From: Candidatus Poribacteria bacterium
GTDB taxonomy: Bacteria > Poribacteria > WGA-4E > WGA-3G
Assembly: GCA_965214095.1 (NCBI GenBank)
Contig: OZ243938.1
Location: 2,016,001-2,080,000, forward strand
Direction: 5' to 3'
DNA length: 64,000 nt
The notes under the pieces were generated by a model. That model searched no databases and was not told where the DNA came from. It saw nothing but the letters and a program-made list of their open reading frames with translations. The position numbers and the translations under genes were made by a program. Positions 41,549-52,022 of the stretch are shown here, piece by piece (within the stretch, counting starts at the first letter, position 1; every line of letters begins with the position of its first letter).

Positions 41549-43810
41549 TTACCTATTGAAAAGGAACGAACGCGATGAGATAAGTGCCCAAAGTAGATCC
41601 TCTGTATCTTCACGTCTCGTTTCTTCATTTTCCAGATATGTCGTTGCCGTATCAAGTTCCGATTCAGTCGGCAGACGGCTCAATGTCATTAGATACAGCT
41701 CTGTAGCCAATTCGGCAGGTTGCATCTTTTCCCCGGTCTTCGGTTCAAGAAGCTGTGTGATTGTTCCGTTTCTGCTTTTCAACTTTCCATTCACATAAGG
41801 TGAATTAATAATGTGCAGTGCTTGTGTGAGTGTTGGTTCAAGCAGAGGATCTAAGTTGCCTAAGAACTCCCTATCAGAACGCCCAAAAAGATTAAGAAAA
41901 CGCGAACTCACAGGAAGTGGTACTTCAACAGCACGTGTACCTTGTGGATAACGTCCATATTTCTCATTTGATCCCGTAACGTCGTTTAGCACATCAAGCA
42001 AAATCTGTGCCATCAAGGGGCGTGGCATAAATCGTGAGAAGAATCTATCATCTAACTCATTCGTTTCATTCGGTGCTGCAGAGAGTTGATATGTACGCGA
42101 GTTAAGGATCAATTTGATAATATGTTTGGTATCAAATTCGCTCCGTACAAATTCTTCTGCTAATGCATCTAAAAGACCTTCAACACTCGGTGGAGTCGTA
42201 GCGCGCATATCGTCAACTGGGTCAACAATTCCTCTGCCAAAGTAGTAACTCCACAGACGGTTGACAGTTGCTTTTGCGAAATATGGATTAGAATCAGCAG
42301 TCATCCAGTCAGCGAGGTGTTGTATTGCTTTTTCTCTATACGCTTCTGGGAGCGTCTCTCCGCCAAGGAATGTGGGTTGTGCAACTTGTCCACGATTTCC
42401 TTGAACAGACTGGTTTATGACTCTGCCGGTTGGATTGTTAAAGACTACTTGTTCTTGGTAGAGTTCTCCACCTCGGATGCCAACTTTTCCAGTAAATGCA
42501 GCGAAGTTCCAATAATCGTCAGTTGTCCATTCGTCAAATGGATGTTTATGACAACGTGCACAACTGAGTCGTATACCGAGGAACACCTGAGCAGTCGTTT
42601 CAGCTCTGCCAGAAGGTTGTCGTTCAATACGGTAATAGTTGGTCGGTCCATATTGATATGTACTACCAGTAGCAGTCAAGATTTGATTAACAAACTGGTC
42701 ATAAGGTTTGTTTTCCTTTACAGAATCATGAATAAACTCGTGGAAAAGCGTTGCGCCACGGTCACCGAATTCACCGTTACCTAATTGACGCGGATGAACA
42801 CGTAACATATCCGCCATTTTCAACGTCCGTAAATTACCCCATTCGTTCGTATCCATGAGTGTGTCTATCAGACGTGCACGTTTATCAGGTTTTGAATCAT
42901 CAAGAAATTCCTTAACCTCATCTGATGTAGGTAGTTTCCCGACAGTGTCCAGATAAATTCTGCGTATGAATTCTGAATCGGATGAGAGTTCAGACGGACG
43001 CACATTCAATTTTTTTAGTTTCGTTGTAACAAAATCATCAATAAAATTATTAGTGGAGATATCCGGGTACGGTTGACCATCATCTTCTCGCGGGACTGTA
43101 ATGAAAGATGACGAAACAACACCTAAAAATCTTGCTAAGATAGCAGTTCCACCCCAACGTGTGCTTGTTACCAACCCAGATTCTGTAACAGTAGCAACGG
43201 GTTCATCTTTTGATTCATATACAACTTGGTGTGTAACATCTTTCGTTGACCCGTCAGTGAAATAAGCGAGTACTTTCAGTTGCCTTGTTTCCCCAACGGT
43301 AGAAAACGTAGTTTCATTTGGTTCAATTTCAAGTTTCTCTAAACGTGGTTCGTCAGGTGAGAATGGCGCACCAGCAGATATCCATTGCAAGATAGTTTCT
43401 GCTTCATCAGAATTAGGCTCAAATCTCATTCCACCTTCATGAGGTATCTGTCCTGTCGGTTTGAGAAAAAGAAGGCTTTGCTCAGGTTCAAGTAGATTGA
43501 TACGCCGTCCTCGACTGTGATGTACAATCGGTTCATAATCACTTTCAGGATTGAGAGTGAGTAATGACAGGTTTAAGCCACCTTGTCCACCGAATTTACC
43601 GTGACAAAGACCAGCGGAACATCCCATCTTATCAAGGATAGGTGCAATATCTTTAAGAAAAAGCGGCGTACTTACTTCTGTCTTACCATCAGGTTGTTTT
43701 TCGTTGTCTGTACTTCCCCAACATATTGGAGCAGACAACAGGTATGTCAATGCTGTCATAGCACATACTATGAGGATAGGAACGAATTTGTTCCACCTTA
43801 CACTTTTCAT
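41549..43810 (-). CDS. DUF1549/DUF1553 protein with Ig-like domain and heme-type motifs
   Basis: GCSAGLCHG, SDSEFIRRIYLD, LSCARCHKHP, NPYFAKATVNRLW, GRGIVDPVDD. Confidence 0.88.
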   Translation of the reverse strand: MKSVRWNKFVPILIVCAMTALTYLLSAPICWGSTDNEKQPDGKTEVSTPLFLKDIAPILDKMGCSAGLCHGKFGGQGGLNLSLLTLNPESDYEPIVHHSRGRRINLLEPEQSLLFLKPTGQIPHEGGMRFEPNSDEAETILQWISAGAPFSPDEPRLEKLEIEPNETTFSTVGETRQLKVLAYFTDGSTKDVTHQVVYESKDEPVATVTESGLVTSTRWGGTAILARFLGVVSSSFITVPREDDGQPYPDISTNNFIDDFVTTKLKKLNVRPSELSSDSEFIRRIYLDTVGKLPTSDEVKEFLDDSKPDKRARLIDTLMDTNEWGNLRTLKMADMLRVHPRQLGNGEFGDRGATLFHEFIHDSVKENKPYDQFVNQILTATGSTYQYGPTNYYRIERQPSGRAETTAQVFLGIRLSCARCHKHPFDEWTTDDYWNFAAFTGKVGIRGGELYQEQVVFNNPTGRVINQSVQGNRGQVAQPTFLGGETLPEAYREKAIQHLADWMTADSNPYFAKATVNRLWSYYFGRGIVDPVDDMRATTPPSVEGLLDALAEEFVRSEFDTKHIIKLILNSRTYQLSAAPNETNELDDRFFSRFMPRPLMAQILLDVLNDVTGSNEKYGRYPQGTRAVEVPLPVSSRFLNLFGRSDREFLGNLDPLLEPTLTQALHIINSPYVNGKLKSRNGTITQLLEPKTGEKMQPAELATELYLMTLSRLPTESELDTATTYLENEETRREDTEDLLWALISSRSFLFNR

Positions 43811-43959
43811 ATTAGCTCCTTTTTATAACAAGGAATACATTGTGTTGTTGTGCTTACCATATTTACGAAGTTATGTAGTTTTTCATCCGTTCAAAGTTAT
43901 TCAAGATACTAACTTGGGGGTCAGTTAAAGTATTTTATGACTATTTGCATTAAAGAAGG

Positions 43960-46443
43960 TTATTCAAATAACTGAGAAAAAACATCATTCATAGTCTCAA
44001 CAAAGTGAAATGCGAGTCCTTCCTTGATGTCCTCTGGGATTTCAACAAAATCCTTTTGATTTGCATGTGGGACAATGATTTTTTTAATTCCGGCTTGTTT
44101 TGCAGCGAGGATTTTCTCCTTGACACCGCCAATGGGCAGAACTCTACCTCTTAAAGTCAACTCACCTGTCATAGCCACTTCTGGGTCAATTCCTCGTTTT
44201 GTAGCGATAGAGGCAAGTGCAGCTGCGATTGTAATTCCCGCAGAAGGTCCGTCCTTCGGAATAGCCCCCGCAGGAACATGTATATGAATGTCGTCTTGTA
44301 GTGCTGTTGTGTCAAATTCTAATGAAGAAGCCTGCGATTTTATATAAGTCAGAGCTGTTTGCGCGGATTCCTGCATCACATCACCTATCTGTCCAGTAAC
44401 ACGAAGATCGGCTTTGCTACCTTGCTTTTGGGTTGCAGTCGCTTCAATAAACAGGATTTCTCCACCAGCAGGTGTGACTGAAAGGCCTGTTGCGACACCG
44501 ACATCTGCTGTTCTCCCAGCAATTTCAGAATCGAATTTTGGTGGACCAAGATAAGTTGGCAGATCATCAAGTTCGATACCGGTTTGCTCGGATTCCCCTT
44601 CAGCAACACGACGGGCAGATTTTCGGCAAAGCGTGCCAAGTTCGCGTTCCAGATTCCGAACACCTGCCTCACGCGTATAGTCTCTGATCACTGTTTCAAC
44701 CACTATATCAGCGATCGTCAATTGTTCATCAGTTATCCCGTTTTCACTAAGTTGGCGTGGAATCAGATACTGCTTTGCTATCTGCATTTTCTCGTTTGAA
44801 GTGTAACCGGGTAACTCAATTGTCTCCATTCTGTCACGGAGCGGAGGTGGTATTGTATGGATTTGGTTCGCTGTTGTGATGAACATGATCTGCGACAGAT
44901 CAAAAGGGACATCCAGATAGTTATCTGTGAAAGAATTGTTCTGCTCCGGATCAAGTACTTCAAGCAATGCAGATGCAGGGTCTCCGCGAAAATCTGAACC
45001 GAGTTTATCAATTTCATCAAGCATAAAGACAGGATTGCTGGATTCTGCTTGACGAAGACCTTTGATGATACGTCCTGGCATTGAACCGATGTATGTGCGC
45101 CGATGTCCACGAATTTCAGCCTCATCGTGCATGCCACCTAAAGAGATACGAACAAATTTTCTACCGATGGCACGTGCAATAGACTTACCGAGTGAAGTTT
45201 TTCCCACACCAGGAGGTCCGACAAAACAGAAAATAGGTCCCTTCATGTCTGCCTTGAGAATTTTGACTGCAAGATGGTCAACAATACGTTCTTTAACTTT
45301 CACCAAGTTGTAGTGATCAGCGTCAAGAATATCCATTGCATCGGATAGGTCAATAGAATCCTCCGTACTCACCGACCACGGTAAATTAAGCAGCCAATCC
45401 AAATAATTTCGCGAAACGGTAGATTCTGGAGAGAAGGACTGCATTTTTGAAAGACGGTTCAGTTCTTTAGTAGCGGCTTTTTCAGCTTTAGGTGGCAATT
45501 TCCCTTCTTTCAATTGCTCCCGCATCTCGGCAATGTCGGCATCTAAATCATCTGCCTCACCGAGTTCTGTCTGAATCGCTTTCAGTTGTTCACGTAAATA
45601 GTATTCACGTTGACCTTTGTTGATCACCGCTTGCGCATCTGATTGAATTTTACTCTCCAGTTCATGAAGGTCTACCTCTTTCGCAAGAATAACAGCAAGT
45701 TTGTTCAACCTTTCAGGAATAGGAATTGTTTCAAGAACTTGTTGTTTCTCTTGCGGTTTTAGGTCTAAGACCGAGGTGATATAATCAGCCAAACGTCCAG
45801 GTGCCTCAATTCCTCTCGTAATCATGCCGTATTCATCTTGGTAACGTGAAGAAAGTTCAATAATCCTTTGGAACATTTCATCTACGCTGCGAACAAGTGC
45901 TTCTAATTCCAAATCTTGCCCGTCTTCATCTTCAGTCTCCTTATCCTTATCAAAATCTTCGTCATCAATATCTTCCTCATCTTGTAATAGACGAACCCGT
46001 GCTTTAATAAATGGCTCTGTTTGAAGGATCTCCTCAATCTGAACACGGGAACGGCCTTTTGCAAGAAACAACACATCCTCATCATCTTTTTTCACGCGCG
46101 GTATCTCTATTAGACTGCCGATAGTGCGTAATTCATCTATCTGCATGTCCTTCACTTCTTCTGGGTTAGTGTCAAGACTACGGCCCGAAGTAGTTTGGAA
46201 GATGCAGAGCACACGTTCTCCATTCAAGACCACCCCATTGTCAACAGCATCCATAACCATCTTACCTGTTAGTGCGACGTGATGTGGTGGAAACGGAGGG
46301 GATGGTGGCATATAAGGAAAAATAACAAGATCGTCTACTGGAAGTATAGGGACTTCTACCGTTTTTATTTCCTCTTCTTCTTCAATGTTCTCGTGCTCTT
46401 CACTGGTTTCCAGCTCTGCGGTGTTTTCGTGTTCATTTTCCAT
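43960..46443 (-). CDS. lon: ATP-dependent Lon protease
   Basis: GPPGVGKTS, LDEIDK, PKDGPSAG (catalytic Ser), GGVKEK. Confidence 0.96.
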   Translation of the reverse strand: MENEHENTAELETSEEHENIEEEEEIKTVEVPILPVDDLVIFPYMPPSPPFPPHHVALTGKMVMDAVDNGVVLNGERVLCIFQTTSGRSLDTNPEEVKDMQIDELRTIGSLIEIPRVKKDDEDVLFLAKGRSRVQIEEILQTEPFIKARVRLLQDEEDIDDEDFDKDKETEDEDGQDLELEALVRSVDEMFQRIIELSSRYQDEYGMITRGIEAPGRLADYITSVLDLKPQEKQQVLETIPIPERLNKLAVILAKEVDLHELESKIQSDAQAVINKGQREYYLREQLKAIQTELGEADDLDADIAEMREQLKEGKLPPKAEKAATKELNRLSKMQSFSPESTVSRNYLDWLLNLPWSVSTEDSIDLSDAMDILDADHYNLVKVKERIVDHLAVKILKADMKGPIFCFVGPPGVGKTSLGKSIARAIGRKFVRISLGGMHDEAEIRGHRRTYIGSMPGRIIKGLRQAESSNPVFMLDEIDKLGSDFRGDPASALLEVLDPEQNNSFTDNYLDVPFDLSQIMFITTANQIHTIPPPLRDRMETIELPGYTSNEKMQIAKQYLIPRQLSENGITDEQLTIADIVVETVIRDYTREAGVRNLERELGTLCRKSARRVAEGESEQTGIELDDLPTYLGPPKFDSEIAGRTADVGVATGLSVTPAGGEILFIEATATQKQGSKADLRVTGQIGDVMQESAQTALTYIKSQASSLEFDTTALQDDIHIHVPAGAIPKDGPSAGITIAAALASIATKRGIDPEVAMTGELTLRGRVLPIGGVKEKILAAKQAGIKKIIVPHANQKDFVEIPEDIKEGLAFHFVETMNDVFSQLFE

Positions 46444-46694
46444 CGTTATTTATTCTCCTTTGTTTAATCCACTCCTGTGCTTTGTATCGTTATTATAGAT
46501 AGTAATATTTTACCAGTTCTCAAGATAAAATCTCTTACAGATATATACTGTTCGTAGTCTCGCAATTCATTGTGCCTCTTAAGAATTGGTATCATGTATA
46601 TAGCATGTCCCAAAATAAGATGTATAGCAGTTTCCTATTTTCTGCCTGATATAACAGTGTATTTCTCATTTGATGACTTGCTATTTGAACAAAT

Positions 46695-47783
46695 CTACTG
46701 GGAAATATTGGCACTGTTTATCCAACCGCGTTCGCCTTCAATAACCACCTCGGTTTTTAAGGTGGCGCATCGTTTCTGATAGTCTTTCAGTGTATCTAAC
46801 GCCGTGTCTTCTAATTTCCGTTTTTCCGTGTCTTTTGTGGGTTCATACTCTTTCATAACAATCGGTTTCGGAAATGATGCCCTCGGATTGTCTACCAAAG
46901 TAGGGATTAGTTCAATAGATTTGAACGTGTCCTCTACAAAAGTAACTTTCGGAATAATTGTGCGCGCATACTGTAATGAATAGGTGTCGTAGATAAAATC
47001 TGCAAGACCATAGATTATCGGTTTTCCGTTATAGAGTTCAATACCTCCATAAGTATGTAGTTGTTGGCATAGGACTAAATCAGCTCCTACATCAATAAGT
47101 GCTTGTGCGAAAATGCGTTGGCGACCTATACTCGATTGTTGTGTATCTGTATTCGCTTCACTTTTTCCCCAGTGAAGCCACACAATAACAAGGTCAGCAG
47201 TATCGTCTACCTCACGCACAGTCCGTGTCATTTGGCTATAGGCAGCAGCAGCAACGACGTTCAGCGATGCCATATTGAATTCATTTCCGCGTAAAAATGC
47301 AAGTACTGCTATTTTCTTAGAATTAACCTCTAACCACGCTGGAGCATTTGCTGCACTTGGTGTAATACCTGCACCTATAGGTTTGACGTTATACCACTCC
47401 AAATGGGTTACTGTATCTTCAAGTGCCTGAACCCCAAAATCCATGATATGGGGTGTTGCTATAGTAACTACATCAAACCCAGCATTTGCGATTCCTCTTG
47501 CCAGATCAGGCGCAGCACGGAAACGCAGCTCGCGCTTATCATCTGGTTCACCTCTATCAGAAATGCTCGTGTTGAGGGATGCTGTGGCGACATCTGCGGA
47601 CTGAATGATAGCCGTTGTCCCTTCAAAAAAGACACCTGCACCATGCTTTTCAATAGTTGGTGTTAAATTACTACCAATTGTGATATCCCCCACGGCAACG
47701 ACAGTTATTTCTTCTGCATCTAATATGGAACTACTTTGTATCAATAGAAAGCAAAAAATGAGGACAGAAATGATTGTTTTCAT
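46695..47783 (-). CDS. CapA-family (PGA_cap) metallophosphatase-like exported protein, degenerate motifs
   Basis: AVGDI, GFDVVTIATPHIMDFG, WLHWG, GADLV, KPIIYGL. Confidence 0.75.
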   Translation of the reverse strand: MKTIISVLIFCFLLIQSSSILDAEEITVVAVGDITIGSNLTPTIEKHGAGVFFEGTTAIIQSADVATASLNTSISDRGEPDDKRELRFRAAPDLARGIANAGFDVVTIATPHIMDFGVQALEDTVTHLEWYNVKPIGAGITPSAANAPAWLEVNSKKIAVLAFLRGNEFNMASLNVVAAAAYSQMTRTVREVDDTADLVIVWLHWGKSEANTDTQQSSIGRQRIFAQALIDVGADLVLCQQLHTYGGIELYNGKPIIYGLADFIYDTYSLQYARTIIPKVTFVEDTFKSIELIPTLVDNPRASFPKPIVMKEYEPTKDTEKRKLEDTALDTLKDYQKRCATLKTEVVIEGERGWINSANISQ

Positions 47784-48250
47784 TGTTCGTTCTTCAGTTG
47801 TGTGCCGATTGCAATTAAAGCATCAGCTAATGTTTGGCGATTAGAGTACAAATTATTTTGAAGTGTTTGTGTTTCTGATTGCAGTCCACCAATTTGTTCT
47901 TGAAAGTCGGTTGCAAATTCATTGATGAGTGTTGATAACTTCTCAATATCGTTCTCAACACGACTGATGAGTTCATCAATACGATTATCAACTCGTTGTA
48001 CTATGTTGTCTGGTATATTGCTGTATTGTTCTTTAACGTCTGCAATTTCCTTTAATAACCTTGATTCAACATCAGAGATACTTTGTTCTGTATTTTCTAT
48101 TTCTTGTCTCAATTTGTCAAACTTTTCATCGTAATTGCGAAGGTCATCTCCAAAAATACTGTCTCTAAGATAGGATTCTAAGTTCTGCGTTTTAGATTGT
48201 TGTATTTCCTGTGTATCATCCATTACAAGTGGTTGCTGCTGTTCTTTCAT
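47780..48250 (-). CDS. Hypothetical coiled-coil protein
   Basis: Amphipathic heptads; AGGAG RBS; stop overlaps the next gene start. Confidence 0.65.
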   Translation of the reverse strand: MKEQQQPLVMDDTQEIQQSKTQNLESYLRDSIFGDDLRNYDEKFDKLRQEIENTEQSISDVESRLLKEIADVKEQYSNIPDNIVQRVDNRIDELISRVENDIEKLSTLINEFATDFQEQIGGLQSETQTLQNNLYSNRQTLADALIAIGTQLKNEQ

Positions 48251-48334
48251 AAAACATCTCCTCTGCAAATCTTAGCATGTATAGTTATTCATCCTATCAA
48301 ATTTAACGCGAAATAGATCTACTATCATAAAATA

Positions 48335-49402
48335 TCATGGATAATTGTATAGGTTCTCTGGTGTTCCATCCTCTATCTCTACATCTAATTGCTGAACTAA
48401 TGTGTCCTCTGTTGGTTCATCCTGACTTGCATTGAATTCACGAAGGATACAGTTGACGATCTCTTCGCTATATGCCTCAGCAGAAACTTGCCGTTGATTT
48501 GCTTCCCAAGCCATTCGTGCTACTGCTTCAAAATACTCAGCGTGTTTATATGCATCTAAAAGGTCTTTTCCGCGTGAGAACGTGCCATGGCCTATCCAGT
48601 AGAGGATGTGGCGCATCGGATCCGCGCCATTTTCAAAAAGTCGTAGACTTTCATAAGACAATTCTGGTATGCCAGGAACCCGTTCTTGAACGAAACCAAT
48701 TCCACCTGATGCGTCATAAATAATCGGTGTTTCAGGTTCATATCCTTTCAAGAAACTATAAAAGCGATCCGGGTGTCCGTATTCTGTACGAGAAATCAAA
48801 TTCAAAAATTTCGGCTGCAAATGAACTAATGCGTGAAATCCCTGTTTTTCTAACTGCTCAAAAATGAGTAGATAATGGAACATCTCACTGGTAGGTACAC
48901 ATCGGTTTTCCGATTTCTCTACTTCTGTTGCGTTATCTATTTCTGTTTGTGTTTGTGTGCCGTAACGCATCCGATAATGTGTTCCATCCGATTCCACTTC
49001 AATGACGGTGGCATTCAGTGCAGGATGCTCTATACCTACCATATCTAAACGAGAACCCGATTTTGTCAATAACACATGTCTACCTGCCAACCCTTTAACG
49101 ACAATGGCTGCAGGTAAGGCATATCGTGGTGAATCATCGTAGTCAATTAGGCATTTCGCATCTACTGATTCTGCCAATAACACCCCCATATTGCCTGCTG
49201 AAGCCCATAGATAATCGTGTGCGTGTGCATGTGCACCCACCCAACCCATTTGACCGATACATGTGCCTACTTCACTGTCCGGAGAAATAGGATGTAGACC
49301 TTGCTGATACCCTCTGGCACACCACTGTTGGTGTCGGTAACTATGTGCGGGTGGTGGTGTTTGCTGTCGCGTTAGGTAAGGATTGACTAATGAAAATTCC
49401 AC
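48335..49402 (-). CDS. Class II aldolase/adducin-like protein (rhamnulose-1-phosphate aldolase-like)
   Basis: WASAGNM, LLTKSGS, PTSEMFHY, HALVHLQP, YWIGHGTFS. Confidence 0.6.
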   Translation of the reverse strand: MEFSLVNPYLTRQQTPPPAHSYRHQQWCARGYQQGLHPISPDSEVGTCIGQMGWVGAHAHAHDYLWASAGNMGVLLAESVDAKCLIDYDDSPRYALPAAIVVKGLAGRHVLLTKSGSRLDMVGIEHPALNATVIEVESDGTHYRMRYGTQTQTEIDNATEVEKSENRCVPTSEMFHYLLIFEQLEKQGFHALVHLQPKFLNLISRTEYGHPDRFYSFLKGYEPETPIIYDASGGIGFVQERVPGIPELSYESLRLFENGADPMRHILYWIGHGTFSRGKDLLDAYKHAEYFEAVARMAWEANQRQVSAEAYSEEIVNCILREFNASQDEPTEDTLVQQLDVEIEDGTPENLYNYP

Positions 49403-49531
49403 GTTTGCCTTTTATTTTATATTATTTCAAAATCTATGTTGTTTTAATATAACATGTTTTAAAGGCATTAGCAAGTAAAAACGTAGGAGTAGTTAGGAGA
49501 ATTGTAACCCCGATTGTCTGAATCAGGATTC

Positions 49532-49702
49532 TTGTTTCAGAATCGCGTATTTTCATGAATTTCTCGGATTGCACGGATAAGACTCCCATCCAGCATAGCA
49601 TATCAAAGACAGATGGTCATTGTGCAAAGCCTTCTTCTCCGCATCATCTGGACCATCCGCGCAAATCCGAGATTCAGCACACATGCCGCGATTCAGAAAC
49701 AA
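49532..49702. repeat. 171-bp element bounded by 16-bp inverted repeats
   Basis: TTGTTTCAGAATCGCG / CGCGATTCAGAAACAA (15/16); related fragments near 1510 and 4315. Confidence 0.45.
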
Positions 49703-49727
49703 AAACCCACACCTATAGAATCCCAAT

Positions 49728-49996
49728 GGGTGTGTAAAGTTCTTGGCAAAACAGCAATTATTCAACGATTGAATACCTCTACGTATGTCATGAATGTTTG
49801 CATTAATTGCATTAATTTCTATTATAATTTGGATTTATTTATGAAAAAACCTTCGCGAAAAAATAGAGTTAGATTCAGTCATAATAAGAGATTATCAATG
49901 AGCTGGGTGTATTTCTGAGACTGAAAGAATGTGGGGCACGGAGACTCCGCAAGACAATGGTTGGTGAGAACTTAGTGCCAAAAACTTTACACACCC
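49728..49996. mobile_element. 269-bp MITE with ISKra4-type TIRs and 8-bp target duplication
   Basis: TIRs GGGTGTGTAAAGTTCTTGGCA / TGCCAAAAACTTTACACACCC (20/21); direct repeat ATCCCAAT at 49720-49727 and 49997-50004. Confidence 0.92.
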
Positions 49997-50676
49997 ATCC
50001 CAATAGATTTGCTTGACTTTTCTACATAGAATTTGTATAATGACACAGCATTTACATAATAACTTTGGAGCAAAACATGAGATGTTTTGGCACATTCGGT
50101 GATGCCATTCGTGGATTTCTACATACACTACGACAAATATATCTTTCAAATGCAAGCCTTAAGTGTCCATATAGTATCGGTATTGTTGGTGTAAAAAACA
50201 TCTCTCAACTTAACTATGATCGTTCCATTTCACCCTTTAACATTCAAGATGAGTTTCGGTTATCTAACTTTACACCCGCTCAAGTAGAAGAACTCTATTC
50301 ACAATACACAGAAGAAACTGGACAATCTTTGATCCCTGAGGTTATTGAAGCAGTCCACACTCAGACTGCAGGACAGCCGTTTCTTGTCAACAGATTCGGA
50401 CAAATTCTCACAGAAGAACTAAAAATACCGACATCTGAGACGATTCAGATGCATCACTTCAATAAGGCATACAAGAAAATTCTCAAAGAACGGAACACGA
50501 ATATCTCACACCTCATAACCAGCATACGCAGAGACCCACGTTTTGAGAAACTACTCATGCGTATCACATTCTATAAAAAACATATCAAGCAGTTAAACAG
50601 CAACTCGCTGCCTATTTAACACTCTTCCCGTCAAATCCCCATGCTTTAGCTTGCGGGATGTAGACGGGCAAAAAGG

Positions 50677-50705
50677 TTGACTTTGAGAAAGGAACACACT
50701 AGAAT
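50677..50705 (+). promoter_or_regulatory. Putative sigma70 promoter of tnpB
   Basis: TTGACT-N17-TAGAAT just inside the left-end hairpin. Confidence 0.6.
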
Positions 50706-50791
50706 ACGAATACCTTTTGAGTGGTGGATGTTGTTAGCATCTGCCACATTACTAACGATGGGTAAAGGGTTCTTTACCGAGAAGGCATACC

Positions 50792-51904
50792 ATGAGAAAA
50801 ACCTATAAATACAAGGGACAAAATCAAAAGAACACAATCAAGTTAGGCAATATGCTTGACGATATGCACCAGATTCATGTGCATATTATGCGATTGCAGT
50901 GCAGATATTACCGTATGTATGGCAAAAACATATCCGCCTATAGAATGAATGCACATGTTGCCAAACTAAAAAAGCGGACAAAGTCTCATTGGACAGACTT
51001 GCCGAGTCAAGTTGTGCAAGATGTTGTGCTGCGTATGGGCAAAGCTTATGATGCATTTTTCAGAAATATGAAAGATCGCAAGGCTGGCAAAACAACGTGC
51101 AAAGTCGGTAGACCGCACATCAAACCGCAACACAAATACAACTCTATGACATTTACACAGGCAGGCTATAAACTTGAAGGGAACCGTATCAAGATCAACT
51201 GTATAGATACGTGGTTCTCCTTTCACAAACATCGTGAAATAACAGGTGACATCAAAACAATAACCCTCAAGCGTGACAGGTGTGGCGATTATTGGATATG
51301 CTTTTCTTGTGATAACGTTGACGCACCGAAATCTTTTGCCAAGACAGGTGAAAGTGCTGGCTTTGATTTCGGATTGACAACCTTTCTCACAACTTCTAAT
51401 GGTAATAAGATTGTGTCTCCGCAGTTTTTGAAAAAGTCCTTGAACAAGTTGAGAACACTGAATAAAAGCGTGAGTCGTAAAGTCGAGGGATCAGGCAATT
51501 GGTATCGTGCTATCCGTGCGTTGTTGCGGCAGTATAGGAAGATAGCACGACAACGTCTTGACTGGCAGTGGAAACTTGCTACAGACCTTTGCCGGCATTT
51601 TGATACCTTGTGCTTTGAAACACTAAATATAGACGGCATGAAACGCCTCTGGGGACGCAAAATCAGTGATCTCGCTTGCTACCAGTTCATTCAAGTGTTG
51701 GCATTCAAGTGTGCTAAACACGATAAAACTTTCCTCAAAATCGGACAATGGACAGCTACAACAAAACCTTGTAGCAACTGCGGACACACAAACGATAAAC
51801 TAACACTTTCAGATAGACACTGGATATGTCCTTCGTGCAATACTGAACACGATAGAGACATCAATGCAGCTATCAATATCAAACAGGCAGGCTTAGCTGC
51901 CTAA
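50792..51904 (+). CDS. tnpB: RNA-guided endonuclease TnpB
   Basis: RuvC-I GFDFGL, RuvC-II FETLN, zinc finger CSNC...CPSC, RuvC-III DRDINAAINI; all three acidic residues present. Confidence 0.95.
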   Translation: MRKTYKYKGQNQKNTIKLGNMLDDMHQIHVHIMRLQCRYYRMYGKNISAYRMNAHVAKLKKRTKSHWTDLPSQVVQDVVLRMGKAYDAFFRNMKDRKAGKTTCKVGRPHIKPQHKYNSMTFTQAGYKLEGNRIKINCIDTWFSFHKHREITGDIKTITLKRDRCGDYWICFSCDNVDAPKSFAKTGESAGFDFGLTTFLTTSNGNKIVSPQFLKKSLNKLRTLNKSVSRKVEGSGNWYRAIRALLRQYRKIARQRLDWQWKLATDLCRHFDTLCFETLNIDGMKRLWGRKISDLACYQFIQVLAFKCAKHDKTFLKIGQWTATTKPCSNCGHTNDKLTLSDRHWICPSCNTEHDRDINAAINIKQAGLAA

Positions 51905-52017
51905 AGTGGAGATGACGTGAGATGGGTGATCCTTTTGGAGAAACGCTGTTGTCAAGGAAGCACAAGCCCCAACCTTTAGGTTGTGGGTCACTATGACAAC
52001 TGGAAAATGCAAGAGAG
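51850..52017 (+). ncRNA. Putative TnpB reRNA (omega-RNA) with flank-derived guide from 51998
   Basis: Inferred from standard TnpB biology: the RNA overlaps the tnpB 3' end and the right end, and the guide is the flank AACTGGAAAATGCAAGAGAG. The 5' boundary is approximate. Confidence 0.6.
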
Positions 52018-52022
52018 GGATT

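Larger units (their letters stand above)
50620..51997 (+). mobile_element. tnpB-only IS200/IS605-family element (IS1341-like) inserted 3' of TTTAA
   Basis: Left subterminal hairpin CCCGTC..ATCCC..GGGAT..GACGGG; right hairpin CCCCAACCTTTAGGTTGTGGG then ...TGAC; no TSD; ends defined by restoring the host reading frame. Confidence 0.88.
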
